DNA from: Promethearchaeota archaeon
GTDB lineage: Archaea > Asgardarchaeota > Lokiarchaeia > Sigyniarchaeales > SOKP01
Reading direction: 5' to 3'
NCBI GenBank assembly: GCA_048937405.1
Contig: JBHLNF010000002.1
Coordinates: forward strand, 352,001 to 416,000
Length of the DNA stretch: 64,000 nt
The notes below the pieces were generated by a model, which saw only the letters and a list, made by a program, of their open reading frames with translations, made no database searches and was not told the origin of the DNA. Each line of letters starts with the position of its first letter. Position 1 is the stretch's first letter. A program made the translations under genes and the position numbers. Positions 18,625-29,380 of the stretch are shown here, piece after piece.

Positions 18625-20037
18625 ATGTCTTCCCAATCATTAACGGAAATAGAAACAGAATCCCCTCCATTATTCAATTATTTAAAACAAGAGATACCTC
18701 TAGAAGACCTAAAAGATTATGCGTCACCTAAACGAATAACATCTATAGATTTTCTTAAGGGTTTTGCGATTGTTTTTGTAATGTTAGCTCACACTGCTCA
18801 AGGATGGCTTGCTCCGGATTCAGATTATTTGTATGGATTAATGTTTGCGTTATTAGACATTTTAGGTCCCTCTTTATTTGTTTTTCTTTCCGCTCTGAGT
18901 GTTATTTTTAGTATAAAAAGAAAAGAAGGAATTGTTCATCCCAAAATTATCAGAAATCGGATTTTTACCCGTGGTCTTGTAATGATAATTATAGGAATGA
19001 TAACTAATATCGTTGTTATTCAGGATGGAGTTGTAACTGTTGCCATTTATGGTTGGAATATTATAACTTTCATTGGATTTGCTCAAATTTTCTCATATTA
19101 TATCTTGAAATTAAGAAAGTCAAGACGCATTTTAATTGGATTATTGATAATATTTTTATCTCCTGCGTTAAGAGCTATACTTTATATAGGAAAAGAAGAT
19201 GGAAACATAATACTGAGTTTATTTTGGTATATTATTACATCTCCAACACCACATTTAACACTTTTGCCATGGGTGTCTATTTGCTTTATTTCAACGATTT
19301 TTGGAGAATACATATATGAAGCCATGAATAAAGGAACAACAGATGCTTATATCGGGTTATTTCGGATATTTTTTGTGTGGGGAATAATATTTGTACTTAT
19401 TGGGATTTTTTCTTATTATCCTAACGGATTTAATTTTGCAGATTGGCAACCTGGTTGGTTTTTACAAACACCCACATCAATGGAGGAAATTGGGGGAATA
19501 TCAGAATATCCACAATTACACTTACTTGCGATTGCGAATAAACAGGATTTTTTTGAAATTCCTGGAATGCCAAGTTTTTTAATAAGGGGAACAAGTGCAA
19601 ATATGTTTTATAATCAAGGCATGGCATTATTAATTATTTCGATATTCTTCTATTATATCGATATTAAGAAAAATTCCAATAATTTCACCAATATGTTAAT
19701 ATACTATGGAAAAACATCACTCAGTTTATTTCTTATTCACTTTTTATTTATCCCGTTATTTTTCAATCAATATAGTGTTGTTATTTTCTTGATAGTAAGC
19801 TTATCATATATTGGATTTCTTGGTATTTTTATGTACATATGGATGGAATATGCTAATGGCGTAGGTTCCCCTGAGTGGTTAATGATACAAATTGGTAGGA
19901 TTGGTCAAAAATCTGGTGAAGCTGTCAAGAAAACAAGCAAAAAAGTATATAACAGACTTATAAAAGAAAGGGTTAAAAAGATGGAAGATTTCATGAAAAA
20001 ACTATCAAAAGATGATAGTAATAAAAATAATTCTTAA
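18625..20037 (+). CDS. HGSNAT/DUF1624-family transmembrane acyltransferase (paralog 1)
   Basis: RITSIDFLKGFAIVFVMLAH N-terminal motif, PSLFVFLS, YGKTSLSLFLIH; more than 10 TM. Confidence 0.8.
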   Translation: MSSQSLTEIETESPPLFNYLKQEIPLEDLKDYASPKRITSIDFLKGFAIVFVMLAHTAQGWLAPDSDYLYGLMFALLDILGPSLFVFLSALSVIFSIKRKEGIVHPKIIRNRIFTRGLVMIIIGMITNIVVIQDGVVTVAIYGWNIITFIGFAQIFSYYILKLRKSRRILIGLLIIFLSPALRAILYIGKEDGNIILSLFWYIITSPTPHLTLLPWVSICFISTIFGEYIYEAMNKGTTDAYIGLFRIFFVWGIIFVLIGIFSYYPNGFNFADWQPGWFLQTPTSMEEIGGISEYPQLHLLAIANKQDFFEIPGMPSFLIRGTSANMFYNQGMALLIISIFFYYIDIKKNSNNFTNMLIYYGKTSLSLFLIHFLFIPLFFNQYSVVIFLIVSLSYIGFLGIFMYIWMEYANGVGSPEWLMIQIGRIGQKSGEAVKKTSKKVYNRLIKERVKKMEDFMKKLSKDDSNKNNS

Positions 20038-20120
20038 GATTTTTTAATCTAAAATTATTATTAAAGACCTAATTATTAATAATATTTTCATAAATTATTG
20101 ACTTAATTTGAAGATAATAA

Positions 20121-21425
20121 ATGAATAAAACACAAATTTTATTTATTTTTGCTGTTTTAATTAATGCTGTTTATATAATAATAACATTTATATTCTTCTT
20201 TTATTTAGACAGTCCTTTGATAAGTAGTAAGAATTCAGATTATTTAACTTTCTATAATGCTGGTTTAATCATTCTAGAAAATCCCTCAGATTTGTATAAT
20301 TCATTATTATATCTCTTTCCCTTTAGATATCTACCAATTTCTGCTTATTATTTTACTCCTTTTTCATTGATGGGGCTAAAATGGGGATTTTTTTTTTACC
20401 AAATATGTAATTTTACATTAAATTTTTTTATTATCTTTTTAATGTTTAAGATAATTCAAATTATAAAGAACTCAGGTAAAAGCATGAATATAAATTATAA
20501 ATTGGATAGATTCAAAGATATTTTTCAAGATCCAGATAATGAATCGATACTTCATTACTCTGCCTTTTTTTTAATAATACTTCCGCAATTTATGAATTAT
20601 TTCTTAGGGCAGATAAATAGTGTAGTCTCGTTTTTCATTCTTATTTCACTCTTCTTCTTTTTAAAAAATACTTCAAAATATGACCTATTTGGTGGTTTTT
20701 TTTTAGGTTTAGGGATCTCTTTCAAGCCCTCCCTGATTTTGCTTATACCTTTTATATTTCTCTTAAATTTTAATAGACAAACTAATAAATTTTACTTTCA
20801 ATTTAAAAGAACGATTATAAGATTATTTGGAATATTTTTGCCAAGTATCTTCTCAGGATTATTTTTCCTAATCTATCCTGAAATGATTAAAGGATTCATT
20901 GAAGTTAATCTCACGGGGGATTTTACATATATTGTTGGAGGAGATTTAAAGATCAACCCTTCATATAGTCTAACAAGGATTATATTAATTATTTTTCAAC
21001 TTATTGAAATTAACGTCAATTCTTTCATAGTTTTCATTCTAATTACATTACTTTTTTATATGCCTATATTTATTATGTATATTATTTCTGAAGCTTCGCA
21101 AGAAAAGTTAATTTATGGGTATTTTGCGAGTATTACTATCATGATATTAGTCTATTTTGATTCATGGCCTCATCATATAATTGTTTTAGCACCATTATTA
21201 ATTTTATTTATATTAATAGAGAGAGATTTTAAGCAGAATATCTTTATTAAAACAGTTTATTATTTAATTGGTTTTTTAATAGTTATATTCTGGATTATAT
21301 TTTATTTAACCTATGAAATTTTTCCTTTAAACCTAGGTGGATTAATTTTGATAATTCTAATATACTATTCCTTAGTTGTTTATTATCTTAACCAAATCAA
21401 GAAATATTCGAAAAATTTCACATAA
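20121..21425 (+). CDS. GT-C glycosyltransferase, family 87-like
   Basis: SDYLTFY after TM1, FRYLP, GQINS, ISFKP, WPHH motifs. Confidence 0.75.
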   Translation: MNKTQILFIFAVLINAVYIIITFIFFFYLDSPLISSKNSDYLTFYNAGLIILENPSDLYNSLLYLFPFRYLPISAYYFTPFSLMGLKWGFFFYQICNFTLNFFIIFLMFKIIQIIKNSGKSMNINYKLDRFKDIFQDPDNESILHYSAFFLIILPQFMNYFLGQINSVVSFFILISLFFFLKNTSKYDLFGGFFLGLGISFKPSLILLIPFIFLLNFNRQTNKFYFQFKRTIIRLFGIFLPSIFSGLFFLIYPEMIKGFIEVNLTGDFTYIVGGDLKINPSYSLTRIILIIFQLIEINVNSFIVFILITLLFYMPIFIMYIISEASQEKLIYGYFASITIMILVYFDSWPHHIIVLAPLLILFILIERDFKQNIFIKTVYYLIGFLIVIFWIIFYLTYEIFPLNLGGLILIILIYYSLVVYYLNQIKKYSKNFT

Positions 21426-21654
21426 AGACCCTAAAAAATAAAGACACTTATCAGAAAGTCCAATTTAAAAAAATATCAGATAAAATCAATATTAGAAAGG
21501 AAGAAATGGTTAAAACTATAGAATAAATTTACTTTTTTTTTTTAGTGTCATTAAAAAAGAACAAAAGATTTAAATCTTCAATAAAAATTGATAAATATTT
21601 TAATTGGGAACTTGTATTTTTCATCATTTTAAACAATTAATAGAATGATCTATA

Positions 21655-22941
21655 ATGTCTATAACAATTGAAGATGATCTAACTAATGATGTCATAATTG
21701 ACAGCACAAAAAGAATTGCTTCTATAGATTTTGTTAAAGGATTTGCCATTGTTTGGATAATATTAGCTCATTCGGCATTAAGTTGGTTTGATAAAGACTG
21801 GAGGTATATTTATGGACTCGTATTTGCATTTATGGATGTTATGGGACCTTCATTATTTGTATTTCTTTCCGCTTTAAGTGTAGTATTTAGTGTTAGAAGA
21901 AAAAAAGGTAAATTACCAGAAAAAGTAATTCGTAATGGAATCTTGATGAGAGGAATGGTAATTATTATAATAGGAGTACTCTTCAATCCACTCTCCTTAC
22001 AAACTGCTGGGGAAACAGTTCCCTTCCCTACAAATTTATGGGGGTGGAATATATTAATGTTTATTGGATTTTCACAGATAATTTCTTATTACGTATTAAA
22101 ATTAAAAAGAAACATACGTGCTATACTTGGAGTATTAATTATTTACTTTTCCCCTTGGTTTAGAGACTTTCTTTATGTGGGAAAAAGCGCAGAAAATGTC
22201 TTTCCTTTTTTTCGCTTAATATTAAGTTTTCTACATTTTATTATAGTCTCACCTCTCCCTCAAGTGCCAATTTTACCATACGTAGCAGTATGCTTCATAT
22301 GTACGATTTTTGGTGAGTATTTATATGATGCAATGGTTCAAGGAACTAGTAAAGCATATTATGATCTAGTTAAAAAATTTCTGATTTATGGATTTATCTT
22401 AGTATTCGTAGGAATATTTGCATTTGCTCCGAGAGGTGTAAGATTTGACATATGGGAAGCTGGGTGGGCATTACAGGTTCCAGCGGATACTATCTCACCA
22501 GGCACCATAATAAAATCAGAATATTTACATATAGACCTATTAAGAATTGCAAATCAACAGGATTATTATCAGTTTCCAGGAATGCCACTTTTCATGATAA
22601 GATGTACGGCACATAATATGTTTTATAATCTAGGAATTGGGTTTTTATTTGTAGCATTATGTTTTTATTTAATTGATATAAAAAAAAAAATCAATGATGT
22701 TTCAAAATTAGTGATCTTCTACGGAAAAACAAGTCTTTCAATGTTTTTAATTCAATATTTATTTCTTCCATTGTATTTAGGGCAATTCTCAATAATTTTT
22801 ATGCCTATTCTTTATGTTGCATATTGTGGGTTTCTAGGACTACTAATGTATATTTGGTTGAAATTTTTTGATGGTGTAGGAACTCCTGAATGGATAATGA
22901 GCAAAGTTGGAAGTAGTGGAAAAACAAAGAAAAACTATTAA
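21655..22941 (+). CDS. HGSNAT/DUF1624-family transmembrane acyltransferase (paralog 2)
   Basis: RIASIDFVKGFAIVWIILAH; colinear similarity with 18625-20037. Confidence 0.8.
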   Translation: MSITIEDDLTNDVIIDSTKRIASIDFVKGFAIVWIILAHSALSWFDKDWRYIYGLVFAFMDVMGPSLFVFLSALSVVFSVRRKKGKLPEKVIRNGILMRGMVIIIIGVLFNPLSLQTAGETVPFPTNLWGWNILMFIGFSQIISYYVLKLKRNIRAILGVLIIYFSPWFRDFLYVGKSAENVFPFFRLILSFLHFIIVSPLPQVPILPYVAVCFICTIFGEYLYDAMVQGTSKAYYDLVKKFLIYGFILVFVGIFAFAPRGVRFDIWEAGWALQVPADTISPGTIIKSEYLHIDLLRIANQQDYYQFPGMPLFMIRCTAHNMFYNLGIGFLFVALCFYLIDIKKKINDVSKLVIFYGKTSLSMFLIQYLFLPLYLGQFSIIFMPILYVAYCGFLGLLMYIWLKFFDGVGTPEWIMSKVGSSGKTKKNY

Positions 22942-23143
22942 ACAGTATTTCATCAAGAGGATTTTTAAAAATAATTAAGCTTTTTTATAAACATATAAAT
23001 ATCTTTAAATGATAATATGAAATAATAAGCAATGAATTAATTAATATTATAATATGTTTAAGTTGATTAAATTCATATAATAAATAATATATTTATTTTT
23101 ATATAGAGACACTAATTGTTTATTTCTTACGAGGAAAATAAAA

Positions 23144-23668
23144 ATGAATCCAAATTCTCAATTTAAATTTAAGATAACTCTCTTCGGTCCAGGTGGAGTG
23201 GGTAAAACTTCTCTATTATTACGATATATAAAAGATTATTTTGCTGATGATTTAAAAAAAACTATTGGAAGCAATTTTTTAATCAAAGACGTAGATCTTG
23301 AAGGAAAATCCGTCCGTCTTCTTCTCTGGGATATAGGAGGACAACCACAATTCCATAAGTTACGCACTATTTATTTTAAAGGGAGTAATGCAGCACTGGG
23401 TGTTTTTGATTTATCGTCTAGTCAAACACTTCTAAAAATTCCAGGATGGATTAGTTCTATAAAAAAAACAGTAAAGAGGGCAATACCTATGGTCCTCATA
23501 GGAAACAAGGTTGATTTAGAAAGAGAGGTTGATCGATTAGAAGCAGAAGATTTAGCTAAGAGGTTAAATTGCGAATATTTGGAGACATCAGCTAAAACAG
23601 GGGAAAATGTAGAATTAGCATTTGAGAAAATAGCAAAAGCTTGTCTTGAAGATATAAGTGAATTATAA
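23144..23668 (+). CDS. Rab-like small GTPase (Ras superfamily)
   Basis: G1 GPGGVGKT, G2 TIG, G3 WDIGGQ, G4 NKVD, G5 SAK; no C-terminal prenylation motif. Confidence 0.93.
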   Translation: MNPNSQFKFKITLFGPGGVGKTSLLLRYIKDYFADDLKKTIGSNFLIKDVDLEGKSVRLLLWDIGGQPQFHKLRTIYFKGSNAALGVFDLSSSQTLLKIPGWISSIKKTVKRAIPMVLIGNKVDLEREVDRLEAEDLAKRLNCEYLETSAKTGENVELAFEKIAKACLEDISEL

Positions 23669-23687
23669 AAAATTTAAAATTACTTTT

Positions 23688-24305
23688 TTATAAAACTCCC
23701 AAATTCTTTAATTCTTCAATTAGATCATTTTCATTTGTAAATTTAATGCCTATAATTCCTAAACCCATTGCTGAACGTACATTATTTATACCATCGTCAA
23801 TAAAAACAATCTGTTTTGGTTTAAAACCAGCCTTTTTAATTGTATAATTAAATATCCTAGGATCGGGTTTAACTAAATGAATTTCATGAGAAAGAATTAG
23901 TTCATCAAAATATTTTATAAATTCCCATTTTTTATTTAAAACATACGCCCAATGACTAGCATTTACATTCGATAAAGCTAAAAGTTTATATCGATTCTTT
24001 TCTCTAATTTTTTTAATAATTTCTACTACTTCTGGATTAAAACCAGAAATAATAGAATTAAATGCATTAAAAAACTCAGATTGACTTAACATACAAACTT
24101 GAAGGAGTTCACATGCCAGTTGATAAAATTCATCATCAGACATGTTTCCTTGATGATAAATGTCTGATTGTCTAAAAAATTCCAACATAATTGGTGTTTG
24201 AGGTTTATTTAATGGTGACTGAGTGATTATTTTGTTATAAAAATTAGAAAAATCTAAATCGACTACTACACCTCCTAAATCAAATACAATAGCTTTAATT
24301 GTCAT
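23688..24305 (-). CDS. HAD-family phosphatase
   Basis: FDLGGV, LSN, KPD, FIDD motifs; ATG of MTIK preferred. Confidence 0.9.
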   Translation of the reverse strand: MTIKAIVFDLGGVVVDLDFSNFYNKIITQSPLNKPQTPIMLEFFRQSDIYHQGNMSDDEFYQLACELLQVCMLSQSEFFNAFNSIISGFNPEVVEIIKKIREKNRYKLLALSNVNASHWAYVLNKKWEFIKYFDELILSHEIHLVKPDPRIFNYTIKKAGFKPKQIVFIDDGINNVRSAMGLGIIGIKFTNENDLIEELKNLGVL

Positions 24306-24323
24306 TATAAACAAAATAAGTTT

Positions 24324-26384
24324 TTATTTACGGAAATAAATTCTAGTACTAAATTTCCTAAATGGTATTGGTAATTTATACTTTGGAAAATTTCTAGTAT
24401 CATCCTCTAGCAATTCTAATAGTTTATCCAACTTAATATCATTTAGTTGTTCGGAGGTTTGTTTTTTTGGACCAAATGGTTCACCAATAAGTCTTTTTCT
24501 GATAGAAATAGTTTGGTTCTGTTGTTCTTTTTTTCCAATAATTATTGTATATGGAATCCACTCAATTTCAGATTGTCTAATTTTCTTTCCTATAGTTTCC
24601 TCTCGATCATCAAAATCTGCTCTAAAATCTTCGCCATTAATGATATTAAGTAATTTCTCCCCATATTCGTTTTGTTCTTCACTCACGGTAATAATTCGGA
24701 CTTGGATTGGAGATATCCAAGTTTTGAATCCTGGTATAAGTTTATCTTTATTTCGAATAGCTGATTCAATTAATCCCCATAATACTCTCTCTATAGCACC
24801 AGTTGGAGAATTATGAAGAATTATTGGATGTTTTGGTTGACCATCAGAGTCTATAAAGGATATATTATATTTCTGTCTTTTTATTCCATCATTATCAGTC
24901 ATAAATTCTAAAGAGCTCTCTACATCTATTTGATTAGTTGCTAATGTAGCGCTTTTACCTTGTGCTGAAAGAACATTTCTTTCAAATTTAAGGATATAAT
25001 AATAGTATCTATCTTCCCATAGTTCTAAAAGTGCGGGATCTTTTTCTGATTTGATTAAATCAATGATCCATTCTTTATTTTCCTTATAAAATTCCTGGGT
25101 AGCTCTAAATATAACATATGTTTTTATTCCTAAATCAATTTCCAATCTTTTAATTAAATCGTATTGCTTTTTGAATTCATCAATAGAAGAATTAATGTCT
25201 TTACACATAGTATGCATATCTGGCATTGTAAAAGCGCGTAATCTTCTTAAACCACTTAATTCTCCTTCTAATTCTCGTCTAAATGCATATTGCTCATATT
25301 CATATGCTCTTAAAGGAAAATAATGTGGTTTTAAATTCATTTGAGAGAATAAGTCGAAAAGTAGGAAATCACTAGCATATCTTAGGAGATATCTGTCACT
25401 TCCAGATTCAACCCAATAGCTCCTTGCTGGAAACCTAGCAGTTTGAGCGGTTAATTTTTTATTTTTGACAGTATACATCACGGGAGTATCAATAAGAATC
25501 GCCCCATAATCAATTAATCTATCTTCAATATAGTTTTTTATAAGATTTTTCATAATTATTCCTTTTGTATACCATCTAAAGTTCCCAGCATCTGTATTAG
25601 GATCAAAATCTATTAACTCAAACTCCTTAATCACTTTTAAATGAGCTGGTTCTATTGCTTTTTCAGTCAATCTTGATCCTAATTCAGATTTTAAAAAGTC
25701 ATGAAAATCTTCTTCATTAATATCCTTTGGTGGTACGAACTTCAGATCTTCATCAAAATTTAATTCAATTTCTTTTCCAGAATTTGTAATTACTTTGAAT
25801 ATAGAATTTTTAACCTGTTCCTCTGGTTTAATTGCTAATTTAACATCTCTATACATTTCAGCTAACTCATGACCTAAACAATTTATTTTGAATGATTTAT
25901 ACCATCCAAAAGGGGAAAATCTTGACTCTATACCCCTTTCTTTTAGATTTTCAACAATTTTTGGACATACTTCCATAGCATTTGCTTCCTTACTAAGGAA
26001 TTTACTTAAATGTGCCCAAGGATAAACTAAAACTCTGTCAACACGATACATCTCGCGTTTCTTTATAAGTTCTAATAATTTCCTTTGTTTTCCTTTTTTT
26101 TTTCCTATTTCAATTTTTCTATTTAATTCTCTTATTTCCTCATTTTTTTCTCTGATATATTCTGGAAAACCTGTGATTTGTAATATAGCAGCTTCTATTT
26201 CATCAGCTCCTTGTTTAGCAATCAAATCTGTATCATAAGTATCTTGATCTTCAACAGATACAAAACAAACAAGAACTAAACCTTCCATTTTTATAAAATC
26301 ATCAGTAAAGTCTTGCGGATTGCTTGTTGCTTCTTTATTTTTAATTACTTCTACATTCTCCGAATGAATTAATAAGATTTTCAT
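24324..26384 (-). CDS. thrS: Threonine--tRNA ligase (archaeal type with N-terminal DTD-like editing domain)
   Basis: MKILLIH, YPWAHLS, PFGWYKSF, GELSGLRRLRAFTMPDMH, ILHNSPTGAIER, anticodon-binding domain. Confidence 0.95.
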   Translation of the reverse strand: MKILLIHSENVEVIKNKEATSNPQDFTDDFIKMEGLVLVCFVSVEDQDTYDTDLIAKQGADEIEAAILQITGFPEYIREKNEEIRELNRKIEIGKKKGKQRKLLELIKKREMYRVDRVLVYPWAHLSKFLSKEANAMEVCPKIVENLKERGIESRFSPFGWYKSFKINCLGHELAEMYRDVKLAIKPEEQVKNSIFKVITNSGKEIELNFDEDLKFVPPKDINEEDFHDFLKSELGSRLTEKAIEPAHLKVIKEFELIDFDPNTDAGNFRWYTKGIIMKNLIKNYIEDRLIDYGAILIDTPVMYTVKNKKLTAQTARFPARSYWVESGSDRYLLRYASDFLLFDLFSQMNLKPHYFPLRAYEYEQYAFRRELEGELSGLRRLRAFTMPDMHTMCKDINSSIDEFKKQYDLIKRLEIDLGIKTYVIFRATQEFYKENKEWIIDLIKSEKDPALLELWEDRYYYYILKFERNVLSAQGKSATLATNQIDVESSLEFMTDNDGIKRQKYNISFIDSDGQPKHPIILHNSPTGAIERVLWGLIESAIRNKDKLIPGFKTWISPIQVRIITVSEEQNEYGEKLLNIINGEDFRADFDDREETIGKKIRQSEIEWIPYTIIIGKKEQQNQTISIRKRLIGEPFGPKKQTSEQLNDIKLDKLLELLEDDTRNFPKYKLPIPFRKFSTRIYFRK

Positions 26385-26506
26385 GATAGATCTCTTTAAT
26401 AGTATGTTAAGTTATACTATATGATAAATTCTAAATATTTTACATAATTTTGATATATTATTATATTCAAAATTCAAAATAATTATTACTAAAATTTGGT
26501 TCTGTT

Positions 26507-27121
26507 ATGATGAATCTTAAAAAAGCTATCTCAGAAATATCAGAGACACTTGAGATACTATATCAAGATAGAGAAGAAATTCTGAAATTGTCTCGTACAA
26601 TAATTAGAGATTGTAGTATAGCAATAAAAAATATTCATAGAAAAGAATTTAATAAGTTTCAAGATAAAATTGATATCATTAAAATTAATCATTTAAATTT
26701 AGTACAATTAGTTAATAAAAATCCTGGTGTTTTTTTTAAATATTTAAAGACTCCTGAGCAAGAATACACTGAATCAATAATATTTTATTCAATAATCTCA
26801 AGAACTGATATTCCGACACCTTTGGATTTAAAAGTTCATCCTTTAAATTATGTTTTGGGTTTATCAGATGTAATTGGAGAATTACGAAGATTTGCATTAG
26901 ATAACATTAGAAATTCCCATGTTGAAAATTTAAACGAAATTTTAGAGAGAATGGATGAGATCTATACTTATCTATTTGCTATTGATTATCCTTCAGCAGT
27001 AGCACAAGATTTAAGGCATAAAGTAGATATAGCAAGAAGTTTAATTGAAAAAACAAGAGGAGATATCTCTCTAGCAATACAAATGGATGATTTGAAAAGT
27101 TGTTTTGAAAAAAATACATAA
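26507..27121 (+). CDS. Translin/TRAX (C3PO)-family protein
   Basis: REEILKLSR, EQEYTES, YVLGLSDVIGELRR, LRHKVD motifs with acidic catalytic residues. Confidence 0.85.
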   Translation: MMNLKKAISEISETLEILYQDREEILKLSRTIIRDCSIAIKNIHRKEFNKFQDKIDIIKINHLNLVQLVNKNPGVFFKYLKTPEQEYTESIIFYSIISRTDIPTPLDLKVHPLNYVLGLSDVIGELRRFALDNIRNSHVENLNEILERMDEIYTYLFAIDYPSAVAQDLRHKVDIARSLIEKTRGDISLAIQMDDLKSCFEKNT

Positions 27122-27162
27122 TTCTGACTTAAAAAAATGTTATTTTCAGAAGAGGATATTAT

Positions 27163-27627
27163 ATGAATAAAGAAAAGAAAATTGTTTTAGTAGCAGGAAC
27201 ATTTGATCTCATTCACGCAGGTCATACTTTTTTAATCAATGAAGCGTCAAAGTTGGGTGATGTATATGTAGTTGTTGCTACTGATGAAAATCGTAAACTA
27301 TTTTCAGGTCAACTTCCAATTATCCCCCAAGAACAAAGATTAGAAGTAATAAAAAACCTGAAAAATGTAAAAGATGCTAGATTAGGAAGAAGCGATAATG
27401 ATACTTTAAAAACTGTTGAAGAAATCAATCCAGATATTATTCTTTTAGGTCCAGATCAGAAATATAGTATTGACATTTTAAAGGAAGAACTTAAAAAAAA
27501 GGGATTGAATCATATAGAGGTAAGGAGACTGGAGATCTATTATGATAAATATAAGTTGCATAGTTCCAGATTGATTAAACAAAAAATAATTGAAAGATAT
27601 AAGAATAATAACTTTGAAAAACCTTAA
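27163..27627 (+). CDS. ribL: FAD synthase (cytidylyltransferase family)
   Basis: AGTFDLIHAGH, QEQR, PDIILLGPDQ, SSRLIK; adjacent to riboflavin kinase. Confidence 0.85.
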   Translation: MNKEKKIVLVAGTFDLIHAGHTFLINEASKLGDVYVVVATDENRKLFSGQLPIIPQEQRLEVIKNLKNVKDARLGRSDNDTLKTVEEINPDIILLGPDQKYSIDILKEELKKKGLNHIEVRRLEIYYDKYKLHSSRLIKQKIIERYKNNNFEKP

Positions 27628-27628
27628 A

Positions 27629-28339
27629 ATGGAAAACAATACTGAAGTTTCTCCGGAAAACTATTCAAATTGGTTTGCTCTTTATCATCTATGTCAAAAT
27701 ATTGGTAGTCAAAAAGCTATTCATATAAGCAGCGTTGAATTCAGTAAGATATTACATTTATCACAACAAACAGCATCAAGGAGAATTAAAGATTTAGAGG
27801 ATCAAGGTTGGATTGAGAGGAAGATCAAAGGGAAAGTACAAGTAATTAGAATTACGAAGTTAGGAGCAGATATGATGCTCTTAATGTATAAAAAATTAAA
27901 ACAAATTCTTCAGGATATATTGATTGTAGGTGAAGTATCTAAAGGAATTGGAGAAGGTGGGTATTATGTCAGAATTCCAGAGTATCTATCTCAATTTAAA
28001 GAAAAATTGGGTTATAAACCTTATTTCGGTACTTTAAACCTTCAATTAAGCGACCTTAATAATGATCTATTAGAAGAAAATCAAAAAAATCGAATACCTG
28101 TAAAAATAGAAGGATTTAAGAAAGAAGGTCGTACTTATGGATCTGTGGAATGTTATAACTGCTTAATTTCTAGATTAGATAATCAAGATAAAAAATTGAA
28201 TGCTGCAATTTTAAAGATAAAAAGAACTCATCATAAAAAAAATATTGTAGAAATATTAGCTGAACCATACGTAAGGGATTTTTTTAAATTGAAAGATGGT
28301 GATCGGATTAGAATAGAATTTTACAAGAGAGATGAATAA
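27629..28339 (+). CDS. ribK: CTP-dependent riboflavin kinase with N-terminal wHTH (RbkR type)
   Basis: LSQQTASRRI HTH; GIGEGGYYV, PYFGTLNL, RTHH, EILA; ATG at 27629. Confidence 0.9.
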   Translation: MENNTEVSPENYSNWFALYHLCQNIGSQKAIHISSVEFSKILHLSQQTASRRIKDLEDQGWIERKIKGKVQVIRITKLGADMMLLMYKKLKQILQDILIVGEVSKGIGEGGYYVRIPEYLSQFKEKLGYKPYFGTLNLQLSDLNNDLLEENQKNRIPVKIEGFKKEGRTYGSVECYNCLISRLDNQDKKLNAAILKIKRTHHKKNIVEILAEPYVRDFFKLKDGDRIRIEFYKRDE

Positions 28340-28349
28340 TTTAATTTAT

Positions 28350-28967
28350 TTATTTATCCTTATTTTCAATTTGAATGAATATTTTAATAATCCTATAAAT
28401 ATAAGTACCAAGAACTAACCACATAAATACAAAAATAAGCACAGCAGTAAGATCATAAAAAAATCCAATCAAAGACATGATAAAAATATAAAATAGTCTT
28501 TCAGATCTAGCCATTAGCCCTAAATCAAAATCTCCTTTGAAAAATATTTCTGCTCTTACTCTACAATAACTTATCATGAAAGAAACTAAATAAGTTATGA
28601 ATAATATTAATTTCACGTCAATCAAGTTCCATAAATAAGCATTCCAACTATAAATTATCAATCCAAGGAATATAAAAAATTCTGATATTCTATCCATTAC
28701 AGAATCAAAAAATCCTCCAAATTTGGTTGATTTTTGGGTTAATCGAGCAATAGCACCATCACATCCATCCATAATCCCTGTTAAAAAAACTAAAAAGGAA
28801 AAAATTATTAAGTTTTGAAAAACAGACAACCAAATAAAGCTTAGGAATGAAAAGCAAAGCATCAATATTGTCGCTAGATTTGGAGTAACTCTAATTCTAA
28901 TTAATCCTTTAGCCAATAACTGGATTAAGGGTTTGAAAATCTTTCTTAACCGATATTTAGAGGGCAT
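28350..28967 (-). CDS. CDP-alcohol phosphatidyltransferase (archaetidylinositol phosphate synthase-like)
   Basis: TPN, DGCDGAIAR, GGFFDSVMDR, SYCRVRAE, RSER. Confidence 0.88.
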   Translation of the reverse strand: MPSKYRLRKIFKPLIQLLAKGLIRIRVTPNLATILMLCFSFLSFIWLSVFQNLIIFSFLVFLTGIMDGCDGAIARLTQKSTKFGGFFDSVMDRISEFFIFLGLIIYSWNAYLWNLIDVKLILFITYLVSFMISYCRVRAEIFFKGDFDLGLMARSERLFYIFIMSLIGFFYDLTAVLIFVFMWLVLGTYIYRIIKIFIQIENKDK

Positions 28968-29063
28968 AAATAATATATAATTTAATACTTTTAAAAATTT
29001 AATAATGAATAATATTTTACATATATAATTAACTCATTTATACAAAATAGGGTTTGAAACCTC

Positions 29064-29369
29064 TTGAAATTACGTTTGATTTTAAAAACAACTACAAAAA
29101 AGAATAAAGATATTCACCTTAAATTTAATATTGCTCCAAGTAAACATATTGGGTTTATAAACTTTATAAACTTGGCCTTAAACCAAGAATTACCAATAGA
29201 ACTATCTTTTGAGAAAGTATCTAAAACAGGAGAGAGAGAAGAAAGTAAGATTTTTGGACAATTTAAACTTCAGGGTAAAGTTAATTCACAAGTTTATGAA
29301 TTAGAAGAAGAGATTAAGAATGAAGATCGAAAGAGAAAGAAAATTCAACAAAAAAGGAAACAGCATTAA
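29064..29369 (+). CDS. Hypothetical protein
   Basis: 101-aa basic ORF with TTG start. Confidence 0.65.
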   Translation: MKLRLILKTTTKKNKDIHLKFNIAPSKHIGFINFINLALNQELPIELSFEKVSKTGEREESKIFGQFKLQGKVNSQVYELEEEIKNEDRKRKKIQQKRKQH

Positions 29370-29380
29370 AAATATCTTTA

